Shown piece by piece: positions 27,020 through 39,238 of a stretch of 64,000 nt of DNA. The notes below the pieces were generated by a model that searched no databases, was not told the origin of the DNA, and worked only from the letters and a program-made list of their open reading frames with translations. Numbering within the stretch: the first letter of the stretch is position 1; each line of letters opens with the position of its first letter. Position numbers and translations under genes: made by a program. Origin of the DNA: Mercenaria mercenaria (lineage: Eukaryota). The stretch spans positions 29,805,250-29,869,249 of the forward strand of contig NC_069369.1 of the NCBI RefSeq assembly GCF_021730395.1, given 5' to 3'.

Positions 27020-27229
27020 CTGTAAACATCCAAGATGGCGACCATGGTAGGTCAAAACATGACCTATTATTGACGATAATTCTGTTCCCAGGTGAATAAA
27101 ATTAACTTTTATTGAAAAGAAAATACTTTTTTCTTGAAAATGAGTTTAATTTTAGTAAGCATATGAATCAAATGTCATGTATTGTGGAATATCAATCATT
27201 AATACACCGGTAATTGGTACATCCAGGAT

Positions 27230-28850
27230 AAATAAGGGCGCAGTTAGCTGGTCACTAGAAGATAATGGTGCAGTTAGCTGGTCACTAGTAAATAATTGTG
27301 CAGTTAGCAGGTAACTAGTAAATAATGGTGCATTTAGCTGGTAACTAGTAAATAATGGTGCATTTAGCTGGTAACTAGTAAATAATGGTGCAGTTAGCTG
27401 GTAACTAGTAAATAATGGTGCAGTTAGCTGGTAACTAGTAAATAATGGTGCAGTTAGCTGGTAACTAGTAAATAATGGCGCAGTTAGCTGGTAACTAGTA
27501 AATAATGGCGCAGTTAGCTGGTAACTAGTAAATAATGGCGCAGTTAGCAGGTGACTAGTAAATAATGGCGCAGTTAGCTGGTGACTAGTAAATAATGGCG
27601 CAGTTAGCTGGTGACTAGTAAATAATGGCGCAGTTAGCTGGTAACTAGTAAATAATGGCGCAGTTAGCTGGTAACTAGTAAATAATGGTGCATGCTGGTA
27701 ACTAGTAAATAATGGTGCAGTTAGCTGGTAACTAGTAAATAATGGTGCAGTTAGCTAGTAAATAATGGTGCAGTTAGCTGGTAGCTAGTAAAAAATGTTG
27801 TGCCTTGGTGGTTAACTAGTAAATAATGTTGTGGCTAGCTGGTGACTAGTAAATAATAGTGCAGTTAGCTGGTATCTAGTAAATAATGTTGTGGCCAGCT
27901 GGTAACTACCGGTAGTAAATAATGTAGCGGCTGGCTGGTAACTCGTAAATAATATAGTGGCTGGCTGGTTACTAGTAAATAATGGTGTAGTTAGCTAATA
28001 ACTAGTAAATAATGTTGTGCCTTGCTGGTAACTAGTAAATAATGAAGCGGCAGGCAGGTAACTTGTAAATAACATAGTGACTGACTGGTAACCTGTAAAT
28101 AATATAGCAGCAGGCTGGTAACTAGTAAATGATGTTGTGGCCAGCTGGTAGCAGCTGGCTGGTAACAGGTAAATAATGTAGCGGCTGGCTGGTAACTTGT
28201 AAATAATGTAACAGCTGGCTGGTAACTGGTAAATAAAGCAGCGGCTGGCTGGTAACTAAAGTAGCGGCTGGCTGGCAACTGGTAAAGAACGTAGCGGCAG
28301 GCTGGCAACTTGTAAATAACGTAGTGGTTGGCTGGCAACTGGTAAATAATGTAGCGGCTGGCTGGTAACTGGTAAATAATGTAGTGGTTTGCTGGCAACT
28401 GGTAAATAATGTAGTGGCTGGCTGGTAACTGAGAAATAACGTAGCAGCTGGCTAATGTTGTGCCTTGCTGGCAACAAGTAAATAATGTCGCAGCTGGCTG
28501 GTAACTAGTAAATAATGTAGCAGCTGGCTGGTAACTAGTAAATAATGTAGCAGCTGGCTGGTAACTAGTAAATAATGTCGCAGCTGGCTGGTAACTAGTT
28601 AATAATGTTGTGCCTTGTGGCCAACAAATAAATAATGTTGTGCCTTGTTGGTAACTAGTAAATAATGTCGCAGCTGGCTGGTAACAAGTTAATAATGTTG
28701 TGCCTTGCTGGTAACAAGTAAATAATGTTGTGCCTTGCTGGTAACAAGTTAATAATGTTGTGCCTTGCTGGTAACAAGTTAATAATGTTGTGCCTTGCTG
28801 GTAACAAGTAAATAATGTTGTGCCTTTTTGGTAACAACTGAAAGTTGTGC
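27230..28850. repeat. Continuation of the ~30-bp minisatellite, about 50 units, degenerating toward the 3' side
   Basis: ggtaactagtaaataatgg(t/c)gcagttagct, drifting to ggtaacaagt(t/a)aataatgttgtgccttgct. The track ORFs 27991-28837 are artefacts. Confidence 0.85.
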
Positions 28851-28917
28851 CTTGCTATTTAATGCTGTTGGAAATAAGCCGATTGCCTAATTAGTTGAGA
28901 TTTTGTATTTATTTCAG

Positions 28918-29035
28918 AGATAATTACTTGTTCACCTGTGCATGTCCAAAGTGTTTATCACAAGCTGATGATGAAGATGTCACGTCTGAAGATGATGATG
29001 ATGAGGAAGAGGATGAAAATATGGATAATGATTAA
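28918..29035 (+). CDS. SMYD5: SMYD5 terminal exon (post-SET plus acidic tail, TAA stop)
   Basis: Acceptor tatttatttcag|A. (R)[38 protein letters not shown]. Compare vertebrate SMYD5 [30 protein letters not shown]. Confidence 0.85.
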
Positions 29036-32000
29036 AGAACTTCGTTACTGTAGTGTTGTTTCTGCTTTGTGATATTAAAAGTATACCCTATACAGGCTTA
29101 TATGTTTCAGTACAGTGTGAATTGGTTTGTAGTTACAGAGGTGCAAACACATGGAGCACAGTTTTGAAATATTGACCAGACTAGATAACACTAATGGACT
29201 GGTCTTAAAAACCGACTTTAATAATCTTGCAACCTGTATCCAGTTTTCTTTATTTTTCCAAGTTAAAACAGCTATAGGTTTCGTTTACACATTAAAATCG
29301 GAAAAGGTAGCTGATGCAAACTATGACGAACAATGTATCTTCTGTTGAAGAGCATTTCCTTTTAGGTTTCAGAACACTAAATGTTTTACCATCAACTTCA
29401 CTAGCAAACTTGGTAAATTGATTTAAATTGGATTATCAAATATGAAATTTGGATAATTGCAACTTACAACAGAAAAGAAACAATAAACAAAATTGTATTC
29501 ATATTTTATTACTGAATCGTGTAACAAAAATATATGTATAAATAATGGTATCAAAAGTTTAAATATTGCACTATTAATGCATACAAACCAAATTACTGGG
29601 AGAATAAAAACTCTAGCTTTGATCTACAAAGACTGCCGTTTTTCATTCTGTACATATCTAAATTGTAATACATACCCCAGTAAAGGAATTATTTCTTAGT
29701 AAATATAAGGTCTGTACTTCACAGTTAGATAATTGGAAAGTAGAAAAAAAAAATGGAAATCAAAAATAAAATTTAAATAAAACTCAATCACAGACTTTGT
29801 GCAACAAAAACTGGATAAACAATTACTATCACCAACATATTTGTTATTTTGTTTTGGTAAAAAAGGAGTAAATCTAAATTTGAAATTAAACCATTCTACT
29901 GCATTTCGATTTTGTTTTAAAGAGGCACACCTCCGGAATTATGTCATATTTCTCAAAATTTAGAAAAGACAGTAATTTCATTTGTTAGAAATTGTGAAAA
30001 TAATTTTAATGAGTTCAGCAGTATTCATTTATTAAAACACAGTGTCTGTAAAATATCTATAAATCACACGAGTGTTGGTCATGCAGTAAAAACATGTACC
30101 GGTAATCTAGCTGTGTAACATACGTTATAGTGTTTATCTGGGTTGGTTATCAGTATATTCTGGTGTTTATCCGGAGGTGGGTCTCTTTTAAGAGTTATAA
30201 CATCGAACTCCAAGAACAAAACTATCCACCTATTCTGTTATTATATGCAACATACAAATTAATATTTGGAAAAATGATTTCTGAAGCAACATCAGTTCCT
30301 ACTGTTGGCCAAATGTGTATAACACAGAACTGCTTTAGTAGTGCTTCTCAGATCTAAAAATACTATCCAAAAAGTTTTAATTTTCTCTGCAAAAACATTG
30401 CTTAAATCAAAAATATATTTCACTGAAGTGGAGTTTTCTAACAACTTCACAACTTGCAATCATGAGGGTGTTATGCCACTCACAACTCCCAATCAGATGC
30501 CTGCTATGCCCCTCACAAACTATCATGTCTACTATGCCATTCTTCCCTCAATCACATGCCTGATATACCATTCACAACTTGCAGTTACATGCTTGCTATG
30601 TTGTCACATCACTCAGCCACTCAAATGCCTGCATGCACACATACATACATACATTGCTATGTTGACCACATCACTAAGCCATTCATAACTCAATTGCCTA
30701 CATACATACATACATATGAATTTGACACATTAATCATATGAAAGAAACTTTAGGTATGTGAAAAAGTACATAAGAAAAGACAAGAAAATTGAAATTGATA
30801 CCTGACAAAAATATAAAATACCCAATGAAAGCATATAATATTATATAAATTTCACAAACATAAAAAGATTGGTGTGTTATATACAAGACAAGAAATATCA
30901 CATACTTATGTACAATTATCACATACTTATGTACAATGTGGCAGTGAATATTTTTTCCTTTCCATTAGGAAATATTTTATGTTTTTTTTTCATTTAACAA
31001 CCAATATAAGTATAAAACATTAATAAATAACTATGTACCTATATCACTCCAACAAAAAACATTTAAAACAAAGTAACACAGTTGCATCTTTCTTCAATTA
31101 CTCTAGCAACAATATAAGTATCATACCAAGAAAAAGTGGTACTGTATCTCCAATAACTACATTTGGCAACAATGATACATGACTCACTCTTACCCTCTTA
31201 AACTATAAACAGTACAGGACTACACTCTTGCACACTCGTATCTCCCATACTACAATAAACAGAACATGATGCATTCGAGTCTTGTACCACTACTTTTTTA
31301 ACCTCTCGTACAAATCTAGAAATAACCAAACATTTTATAACTTTAACACTCTCGTTACAACTATAACCCTTATACTACAACAGTAACAGGCAGAATACAG
31401 TACTTCTTTCTACCCTACAGAACCAACAAAACAACACATTCATAACAAAAATATAATGCATAAATCTATATACACATATGATAAAGCAATAATTTATAAA
31501 GGAAAGAAACACAAGAGAAAAGCCATGTATATCAGACCTGTTTTATCACTTGTACTGGATTATCTTCCAATCACCTGTACTTTTGATCAAGGTCACGTAA
31601 CCTATTTACACCAATGAAAATTTTTCATTCTAATTTACATAAAAGTCAAGCAGCATCTTGTTGATATGTTATATGATTTCATTTGCAGTTCATAGTTACA
31701 AATATGGCAATAAAAAATCTCATTCACACTTGCATTTAAACCGGCTAAAACTCTTTGAAAATACTGAATGTTCAAAATATATACCGGGGTATCACAGATT
31801 ACTACTCGTACGATCATTTTTATACTATGTACAAGACGTCTATGGAAACATAGCAAAATGAAGTATATTAAAGTCACAGCACTATTTAGTGTATCGTTTA
31901 GCACATCCAGTATTTAGTTGCCTAGCAACAATTCCATGTTAGGAAATTGACAAATCCAAGTTCGTCACCATATACGATTGGTACCTGTCGTGATGTAGAG

Positions 32001-32439
32001 TTGCCTACTGCCATCATGGATGTAACAGGTGAAGTACAGAAAAACTGACCAACCTGAAATGTATGCATACATGCTTTGATATTGTGACAGTTTAGCAAGA
32101 AACAATATATTTGATTCAACAATTAAAAGGAAAAAATGTGTCCACTTGAAAATATTGGTCTCATAAAAACAACTCTGTTACAATAGCCATTTTTATAGCA
32201 AAAGGACTTCTGCAACTCATAAAATTCCATTTAAAAGGGGAGATAGGGTCTGGTAGTTAAGGTGTCAAAACAGGAAGTTGTGGCTTCTGGTCTCAATAAG
32301 GTCATGACCATGCCTTCTCATATGACTCCGGTACTGTTTTTTCTTTCTTTCAAGAAACAGATTCCAGAGTGATTCAAAAAAGCTGAAAGCTTTCATTGCA
32401 ATTGAGTTCAAATAAATTAGTGTTAACTAAACATCCCAT

Positions 32440-32653
32440 TTAACCCTCATCATGCTGGACATGACTGATTTTGCCTTTGCGACCAGTGCAGAAAATGATC
32501 AGCCTGCACATCCGTGCAGTCTGATCATGATCTGCACTGGTCGCCATTCAGTCAGTATCTTTTTGGTTGGGATCCCTTTTAACAGTTAATGGTACTGTCC
32601 AAACTGGAAAGATGGACAAGTTCATTATAGAAATTTAGCAGGGTAAGGGTTAA
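32440..32653. mobile_element. MITE family B copy (ttaaccc...gggttaa ends), reverse orientation
   Basis: ttaaccctcatcatgctggacatgactg...gaccagtgcagaaaatgatcagcctgcacatccgtgcagtctgatcatgatctgcactggtcgc...ctggaaagatggacaagttcattatagaaatttagcagggtaagggttaa. Confidence 0.7.
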
Positions 32654-33049
32654 ACAATGAGATATTCTTGCTGTTATACAACACCAGATAACATGGTTCC
32701 TTGACTTGTGTAGCACATGTGTGCTGGCATAGAGAAGTATACCTGGTTCATGTCTTTGTCCCAGATTTTAATAGTTTTATCTTTGGATCCTGTAAAGGTA
32801 AATCCCTGATCCCTCTCAACACAGGTTATCTCAGCCGCATGCACCTATTGTGGAATATAAAACAGTCTATTACATGTTTTTCAATGAATTACTGAAATAT
32901 TACAATGAAAATATATTTGGTTATTTCAATGATCAAAACCACTAAAAATATGAAATATAATAAAAATAATTATGTTTGTTTTACTTGCAAAATGAAAATA
33001 TCTTTCATAAACACAAGATGTTACATTTTCGCTTTTTGCAATGCTTATT

Positions 33050-33345
33050 GAGCCCGCCCGCTTAGCTCAATAGGGAGAGCGCAGATCTACAGATCTCGGG
33101 GGTCATGAGTTCGAGCCCTGGGCGAGGCGTATGGACTCCATGACGATTTGATAAAAGACATTGTGTCTGAAATCATTCGTCCTCCACCTCTGATTCATGT
33201 GGGGAAGTTGGCAGTTACTTGCGGATAACAGGTTTGTACTGGTACAGAATCCAGGAACACTGGTTAGGTTAACTGCCTGCCGTTACGTAACTGAAATACT
33301 GTTGAAAAACAGTGTTAAACCCAAAACAAAAAAAACAAACAATGC
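33050..33345 (+). mobile_element. tRNA-derived SINE with A-rich tail (tRNA-like head, not a functional tRNA)
   Basis: gcccgcttagctcaatagggagagcg...gggggtcatgagttcgagccctgggcg has D-arm-like and T-arm-like boxes, but the anticodon stem folds with a 4-nt loop only. Body ends aaacccaaaacaaaaaaaacaaacaa. Confidence 0.5.
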
Positions 33346-33508
33346 TAATTGTGAAAATAGTGAACCTGGTATTCACTCAGAAAAAGCTACTTTGATCTTA
33401 CTTCTATTATCTTATCACAGTGTACAGAGGGCAATTAAATATTCAGAATGACAAAAAAAATGAACAGCTATTTCGGAATCCATGAAAAGGCTAAATCAAA
33501 CTGCCATA

Positions 33509-33727
33509 TCAACTAACCTTAACACTCTTTTCACTTCCTGTGTGCTTGTCCGTGTAGTTGACTTGTCCCCTCGAATCTACAATGATATTTGACCCACCAG
33601 CATTGACAATGTCCGTTATCCAATTTGGTTGCACCTTGTGAGCTGGAATGTCTGTTGGTGCTGATTCAGCATTCTGAACCCTAACCCTTGTAGTCTGACC
33701 TACAGTCACCTTACCCTTGACCTCTGT
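33509..33727 (-). CDS. NACHT-WD40 gene terminal exon (TGA stop at 33509-33511)
   Basis: Acceptor tctgtcatatag|ACA. TEVKGKVTVGQTTRVRVQNAESAPTDIPAHKVQPNWITDIVNAGGSNIIVDSRGQVNYTDKHTGSEKSVKVS*. Phase 0, consistent with the upstream exon. Confidence 0.75.
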   Translation of the reverse strand, partial: TEVKGKVTVGQTTRVRVQNAESAPTDIPAHKVQPNWITDIVNAGGSNIIVDSRGQVNYTDKHTGSEKSVKVS

Positions 33728-33756
33728 CTATATGACAGAAATAAATTAAAATATAT

Positions 33757-33995
33757 GAGCCGTGCCATGGGAAAACCAACATAGTGGCTTTGCGACCAGC
33801 ATGGATCCAGCCTGCGCATCCGCGCATCCGCGCAGTCTGGTCAGGATCCATGCTGTTCGCTAACAGTTTCTCCAATTCCAATAGGCTTTAAAAGCGAACA
33901 GCATGGAGCCTGACCAGACTGCGCGGATGCGCAGGCTGGTCTGGATCCATGCTGGTCGCACACCCACTATGTTGGTTTTCTCATGGCACGGCTCA
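33757..33995. mobile_element. Palindromic MITE family A copy, 29 nt from the last-intron acceptor of the NACHT-WD gene
   Basis: gagccgtgccatgggaaaaccaacatagtggctttgcgaccagcatggatccagcctgcgcatccgcgca...caggctggtctggatccatgctggtcgcacacccactatgttggttttctcatggcacggctca. Confidence 0.8.
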
Positions 33996-34204
33996 TATAT
34001 TAAGATGTGAGCTTTATTAAGAAACTAACATCTAAAAATTTGATCCACTTCAAAAAGTTATGGAAAAATCCAAATTTAAACAAAGACCTACACCCAATAA
34101 GAGTGGAAATTTATAGCTATTGCTGTGCAATGACTGGTTTAAATTCACGGCAACACCCATAAAGTATTAGTCAACAATTGGTAATATAATTAATAATATA
34201 TTAC

Positions 34205-34295
34205 CAGATTCACTAACATCACATTGCCATCCATTGTTGTCACCGAAAGTCTGCCACTAATATCACTTTTGATCTTCAATAACCATGACGAATGA
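34205..34295 (-). CDS. NACHT-WD40 exon
   Basis: Acceptor cttttcag|T. (D)HSSWLLKIKSDISGRLSVTTMDGNVMLVNL. Donor CTG|GTAATA. Phase 2 to 0. Confidence 0.75.
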
Positions 34296-35040
34296 CTGAA
34301 AAGAAAAAGATAAAATAGTTTCTTATTTCTTTCATGTGAAAAATTGTCACCCTGATTACTTCTCTGATTGTTCATGTTTCAACTGCCTAAGAACCTGAAT
34401 TTCTTACATACCTGACAGGATTTCCTCGTGTTAAAAGGTGCTGATGGAAATATCTGGCTTCAGCAAGGTAACTGTATAAGATGTAACGAGGCTCTGCAGA
34501 GTAACTGTAAAACAGTTACTCAAGAGCCACATATTTCCATCAGCACCTACAGCTAAAGACAGATTCTTTTTCTTGCACGCCATATTCTTTTATTTATAGA
34601 AGAAATAAAGTGACGCAAAATTAATGCTTTCTTTTAAGCACTATTTTATTACAGTAGCATGTCCAACATGCAAGAATAAAACTGTCTACCTACAAAGACA
34701 ATACCTGCAGTTGCAGGGAGGTGCATGCTATTTGGGCATGTTGCTAACAGAGACTACTGTAAATACACATTTATTAGTGCGAGTCGTTTTTCACACTTTT
34801 ATATACTTGTTCAATCAAGATTATACTAATGTTTATACATATTAAAGAATACTTTTCTGTTGTTGGTAAACTTTTTAGCCTTATTACATATATGTAACTT
34901 AAATTACAAATACATTTGGCTCTGTAACTTCAGTTCAGATAAAAAGTGGAAAACATTTTTCAGGAATCATAGGAAGAGGCCCTGCTCCTAAGGTTAAGGT
35001 ATGATATAAATGTGTTAAAAACTGCTCATAAAATGTACTC

Positions 35041-35198
35041 ACTCATAATCTGTTTGTTTAGATGCTATCAGTTTTGTATCCCACACTTTGATAGCTCCTG
35101 ACCACTCTGTGGTATAAATATAGTTGTCAGTGGGGTCATTTCTTGTGTTCAAGCTGAGAACTGGTGAATCGGTCTTCATTGTGTTTGTCCTTCTTGCA
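35041..35198 (-). CDS. NACHT-WD40 exon (WD repeat)
   Basis: Acceptor ttttaatttcag|T. (S)ARRTNTMKTDSPVLSLNTRNDPTDNYIYTTEWSGAIKVWDTKLIASKQTDY. Donor TGA|GTGAGT. Confidence 0.8.
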
Positions 35199-35326
35199 CT
35201 GAAATTAAAACAAGCCATGTCAAGCACATGGTATTAAAGTATCAACAAGCATCAAGAGAAAGGACAAGTGGTTTTCATACATACAGGATGAAGATTAATG
35301 ACTGAGTATTCACTGAAATAAAGTAC

Positions 35327-35445
35327 CTGACTAATTTTCCATTGATTTCAATAAGATTCCAGGTGGAGATGTACTCGTCATCAGACCCAGTCACAAATGT
35401 TGATGTATTCAACCAACTACCACAGGTTACAGCCTTTGTATGAGC
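35327..35445 (-). CDS. NACHT-WD40 exon (WD repeat)
   Basis: Acceptor ggttgttttcag|GCT. AHTKAVTCGSWLNTSTFVTGSDDEYISTWNLIEINGKLV. Donor CAG|GTACTT. Confidence 0.8.
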
Positions 35446-35741
35446 CTGAAAACAACCAATAAACAGCAGTTACTGTACAAATTCTCCTGGAGAAAAATTA
35501 ATTCTGTAATATTTCAAAAATGGCCCTAAACCGAGGATTTGAATAAACTGACCCTTGTGGGTGGTTGAGCAAAGACAGTTGTACAAACTTCCCTAGAGAT
35601 GAAAACCAAATCCCAAGTTTTTGGAATTTTCTTTATCTATTTCTAGCTATGGTGACCCTTATGTGCAGTAAAGTAAAACCACTTCAAGAAACATAAGAGG
35701 TCTGCAAAATGGTGGTCAAGAGGTAATCAGAACAAAGTTAT

Positions 35742-35933
35742 TTAACCTTTACCCTGATTAATTTCTATAATGATACAGTACCATTAACTGTTAAAAGGTA
35801 TGCTTACTAAAAATGATACTGACTGAATAGCAAACAGTGCAAATCATGATCAGACTACACTGATGTGCAGGCTGATCATGATCTATACTGGTCGCAAAGA
35901 CAGAACCAACTGTGTCAAGCATGGAAGGGGTTA
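35742..35933. mobile_element. MITE family B copy
   Basis: ttaacctttaccctgattaatttctataatgatacagtaccattaactgttaaaagg...caaacagtgcaaatcatgatcagactacactgatgtgcaggctgatcatgatctatactggtcgcaaag...ggggttaa. Confidence 0.7.
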
Positions 35934-36077
35934 AAGAAAAAAACGATGATACTGAATGACTGAAAACAGAAGAAATCACTGACAATAATAGCTCTGTTTC
36001 AGAATACTGTAAATATAGATCCTTCAGTGTTATGACTGCATATATTGATCAGCTGTTATATATTCATAGAATCTTAC

Positions 36078-36147
36078 CTTCAAAGTGGCCACACAGATGT
36101 ATTTTGATTGACTGTTTGTTGATGTCCATAACTTAACTACACCATCT
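36078..36147 (-). CDS. NACHT-WD40 exon
   Basis: Acceptor tttcttttttcag|A. (R)DGVVKLWTSTNSQSKYICVATLK. Donor AAG|GTAAGA. Confidence 0.8.
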
Positions 36148-36868
36148 CTGAAAAAAGAAACACAAATGAATGAATGAAGACAAACATTTGTAATTTGGTA
36201 ATTTTACTTGCATTAATTTTGCGGGCTTAAAATTACCAGTTCTCAGGGTGGGAGTGGGAATGAATTTGATTTGATTTCATATTTTAAAGATAAAATAGCA
36301 TAAATGAAAATTTACTTATTCTTTGGAATTAAATACTGTGGACAGATGCAAAATGAAAATTCAACTTCAGTTCCCCCACAAATATTGATGATTTCCAAAG
36401 TACATGTATCTGGTGCTGACCTGTTGAAATGTGCCAGATATTGAATTAACAGTCTGGCATGAAAGACAAATAAAAAGTATATGGGGGGAAAAACTACCTT
36501 TATTTCTGGAATTAAAGGGACATGCCTCCAGATCAACATTAAAGTTTCAGCGTTTTTGTTTTGTTTTGTTTTAAGCGTTTTTTTTTTGCTTTTTTTTTTA
36601 AAAAACAGATATTGAAACGAACAAACAAGTATTGTTTAAGTGGATGTTTTGTGTATAAACAACATACAGCTAAAATTCATATATTGTATATAAAAATTTA
36701 CCACCATCTTCATAAACATGTACACAATACAGAGTTGTAAATGTATTCTGTCTGATAATGAACGAGTAGTCTGACACACAAGGTTTCCAGACATACAATC
36801 AAAAGCAAACCTACATTACATTACCCTAACCCATCCCCAACCCCATATTAAGTGTCACAAAAGTTTAC

Positions 36869-37086
36869 CTGCTTCCTGTTAGTATAACTGGACTATCTCC
36901 GTTAAAGTTGCTGCACACAAAGGTCACTGGTGCATCATGTCCACCAATCACAGTCTGCGATTCCTGATCACATGACCACAACTTGATACTCTTGTCCAAT
37001 GAGGTGGTACACAGACGACCTTGGTTGTCAGAGGCAACTGAGAGCACCTTGTCAGAATGACCAGTCAAGCAGGAAAGTTCATTCGC
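36869..37086 (-). CDS. NACHT-WD40 exon (two WD repeats)
   Basis: Acceptor atcttaaatag|GCG. ANELSCLTGHSDKVLSVASDNQGRLCTTSLDKSIKLWSCDQESQTVIGGHDAPVTFVCSNFNGDSPVILTGS. Donor CAG|GTAAAC. Confidence 0.85.
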
Positions 37087-37601
37087 CTATTTAAGATATA
37101 CATTTCTACACTTTACTCTCTATTACTAGAATTAGAAAATCCAATCACAAAGATCTAAATAATAACCAATCACCAATAATTTTATACTGAATTCTCATTA
37201 CATCAAGGTATATAGAAAAGACTGAATGACCTTGATGTATGCATCTACATTTTTGCAACCAAATATCAAATGATCCTGTTCAATAATACCCTTTATACTT
37301 AGCAATCTTCAATGTCAAAACCTTTACTATTGACCATCTCTTAGATGTCACCATTTCATCTTCGATTTTACCTTTAAGTCTGTGCTAAATATAAATCCAA
37401 TAACTTACATATAAATACCTGATTAAAAATTGAAAAATTTCCCCCAGATTTCATCATTACAACGACGCACATGTATTTTGTTCTTCAAAACAAAACTGTT
37501 CCACTTAAATGTAATCAATCTACAAATGTAACTGATAACCAAGATATTTTCTAGGATAATAAACAATCAGTATGTTTGCTATACAAGGATGCATTGTGTA
37601 C

Positions 37602-37726
37602 CTGAAGAGGGTACCAGAGTCTGGCCGTTCCATCATCCCCACAGGTTGCAACCATAACATTATCTAGTTTGGGTTGTAACATCTTGTCTGGTTTCTCCTC
37701 ATCTTGACCCCAGTCTCCATCCATAT
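37602..37726 (-). CDS. NACHT-WD40 exon
   Basis: Acceptor ttcttttgaag|AT. (D)MDGDWGQDEEKPDKMLQPKLDNVMVATCGDDGTARLWYPLQ. Donor CAG|GTACAC. Confidence 0.8.
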
Positions 37727-38284
37727 CTTCAAAAGAATTGAATACAAACTTTATTCACATATAAATTGACGCTGCATTTATCAGTACATTGAATACAAAA
37801 TCTCTTTCTTCAGTTAAAAAATTGGCCAGCAAACCTCGTTCATCTATTGACCGCAGGCATTGATATTCTGATCCCTGAAACAACAATCTTCATTGACTGA
37901 CCACTGGCAATCATACTATCAAGTTTGGAACTCATAAGCCTGAGCCTTTTGTTCTTAATAATTGAAAATTGTTTTCAGTTTCGAGGTCACTTTGACCTTC
38001 AGGTTTCAAAAACAACTGAGTTTTCATCTAATGACACTGCAGTCAGCCACACTGCAAACCAAAATGTCTTCCAGGAATTGATCAGAAACCAAAGTGACTA
38101 CCAACTGACCAATAGACAGACTATTTTATATGGACTGACTAGCAGACAGAGCATCTTACATAAACAGAACAATATACTCCAATTTCTTTGAAGGGAAACA
38201 AGAAGTTTCATATATCTCTCTGCACCAATATAGACACAGGGTGAATATCTGCAAGGAAAAAATTGATGCAGTAGATAAATTTAC

Positions 38285-38429
38285 CTTGCAGACTTTCATC
38301 AAGAAGTTTGACAGATATATCACAGCCGTTTGCCCTCTGTGTATGTCCGTACAGTGTAGTGATTTCTACACCTTTATGAGACCACATCTTTACTGACCCA
38401 TCAGCACATGTTGATACAACACATCCATA
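38285..38429 (-). CDS. NACHT-WD40 exon (WD repeat)
   Basis: Acceptor tcattccaacag|TAT. YGCVVSTCADGSVKMWSHKGVEITTLYGHTQRANGCDISVKLLDESLQ. Donor CAAG|GTAAAT. Confidence 0.8.
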
Positions 38430-38559
38430 CTGTTGGAATGATAAAAAACACCAGTTATAACAGTGACAATAGAGAGGCTATGACTTTAAACTTGTACCAG
38501 TACGAGTATACATACACGTTACATTTCCTTTTTGTCTGATGAGTCAACAGTCGGAGTAG

Positions 38560-39070
38560 GTTTTCACAAAATGCAGTCTAACAATGTCATGACCTAGATT
38601 TTTGACCTCAGATGACACAGTTACAAAACTAACTTAGAAGTCATTGAAATAAATGTTCTTATCCTGTTTTATGAAGGTAAAGTAGAAAATGTGACCTCTG
38701 AAGTGTTACTATAGTTTTTCATTGATTTGCAGTGACCAAGATTTGGCCTTAGATGACCCGGATTCAATCTTGAAAAACTTTTCATAAAGGCAATTTTTTT
38801 TATCAAATTTCATGAAAATCTGGTAGTAAATCAATGTTTCCTAATATTTAACATAATGGCCTTGTTTTAAACCCAAGATGACCTGGTTACAAACTTGAGT
38901 TGAATTGTAATGTTTCATCACAGGGATCAGGTGGCCTCTGGTATGTCAAACAAGTTTTTTCTATAACCTAACCTAGTTTCTATGCTAAGCTGACTAAATT
39001 TCAACCATGACTTAGATATCATAATGGCATACATTCTCACCAGGTTTCATGAAGATCAGGAACAAATGAG
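38560..39070. repeat. ~170-bp satellite array, about 3 units, same family as 5780-6410 and 52900-54400
   Basis: Units ...tgacctagatttttgacctcagatgacacagtt...; ...tgaccaagatttggccttagatgacccggatt...; ...acctggttacaaacttgag.... Confidence 0.5.
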
Positions 39071-39075
39071 GCTTC

Positions 39076-39238
39076 TTAACCTTAAGCACTTATTATTCAA
39101 AGGGGTGTTCACTGTAAATTTACTAACTGAATAGCGAACAGTGCAGACCATGATCAGACTGCATGGATGTGCAGGCTGATCTTGGTCTGCACTAGTCGCA
39201 AGGCAGATTCACTTGCTACTAGTAGGCTAAAGGTTAAG
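39076..39238. mobile_element. MITE family B copy (subfamily 2)
   Basis: cttaaccttaagcacttattattcaaaggggtgttcactgtaaatttactaactgaatagcgaacagtgcagaccatgatcagactgcatggatgtgcaggctgatcttggtctgcactagtcgcaaggcagattcacttgctactagtaggctaaaggttaag. Confidence 0.7.

Noticed and set aside
17911-28850. CRISPR-like arrays (regularly spaced 30-40-bp repeats)
   Set aside because: This is a eukaryotic intron context. The units are directly adjacent with no unique spacers, and there are no cas genes or leader. These are minisatellites.
33055-33135. Possible tRNA gene (D-arm GCTCAATAGGGAGAGC, T-loop-like GTTCGAGCC)
   Set aside because: The anticodon stem can only form with a 4-nt loop and there is no clean 7-bp acceptor stem. 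It is followed by a ~200-bp body and an A-rich tail, so it is the head of a SINE.
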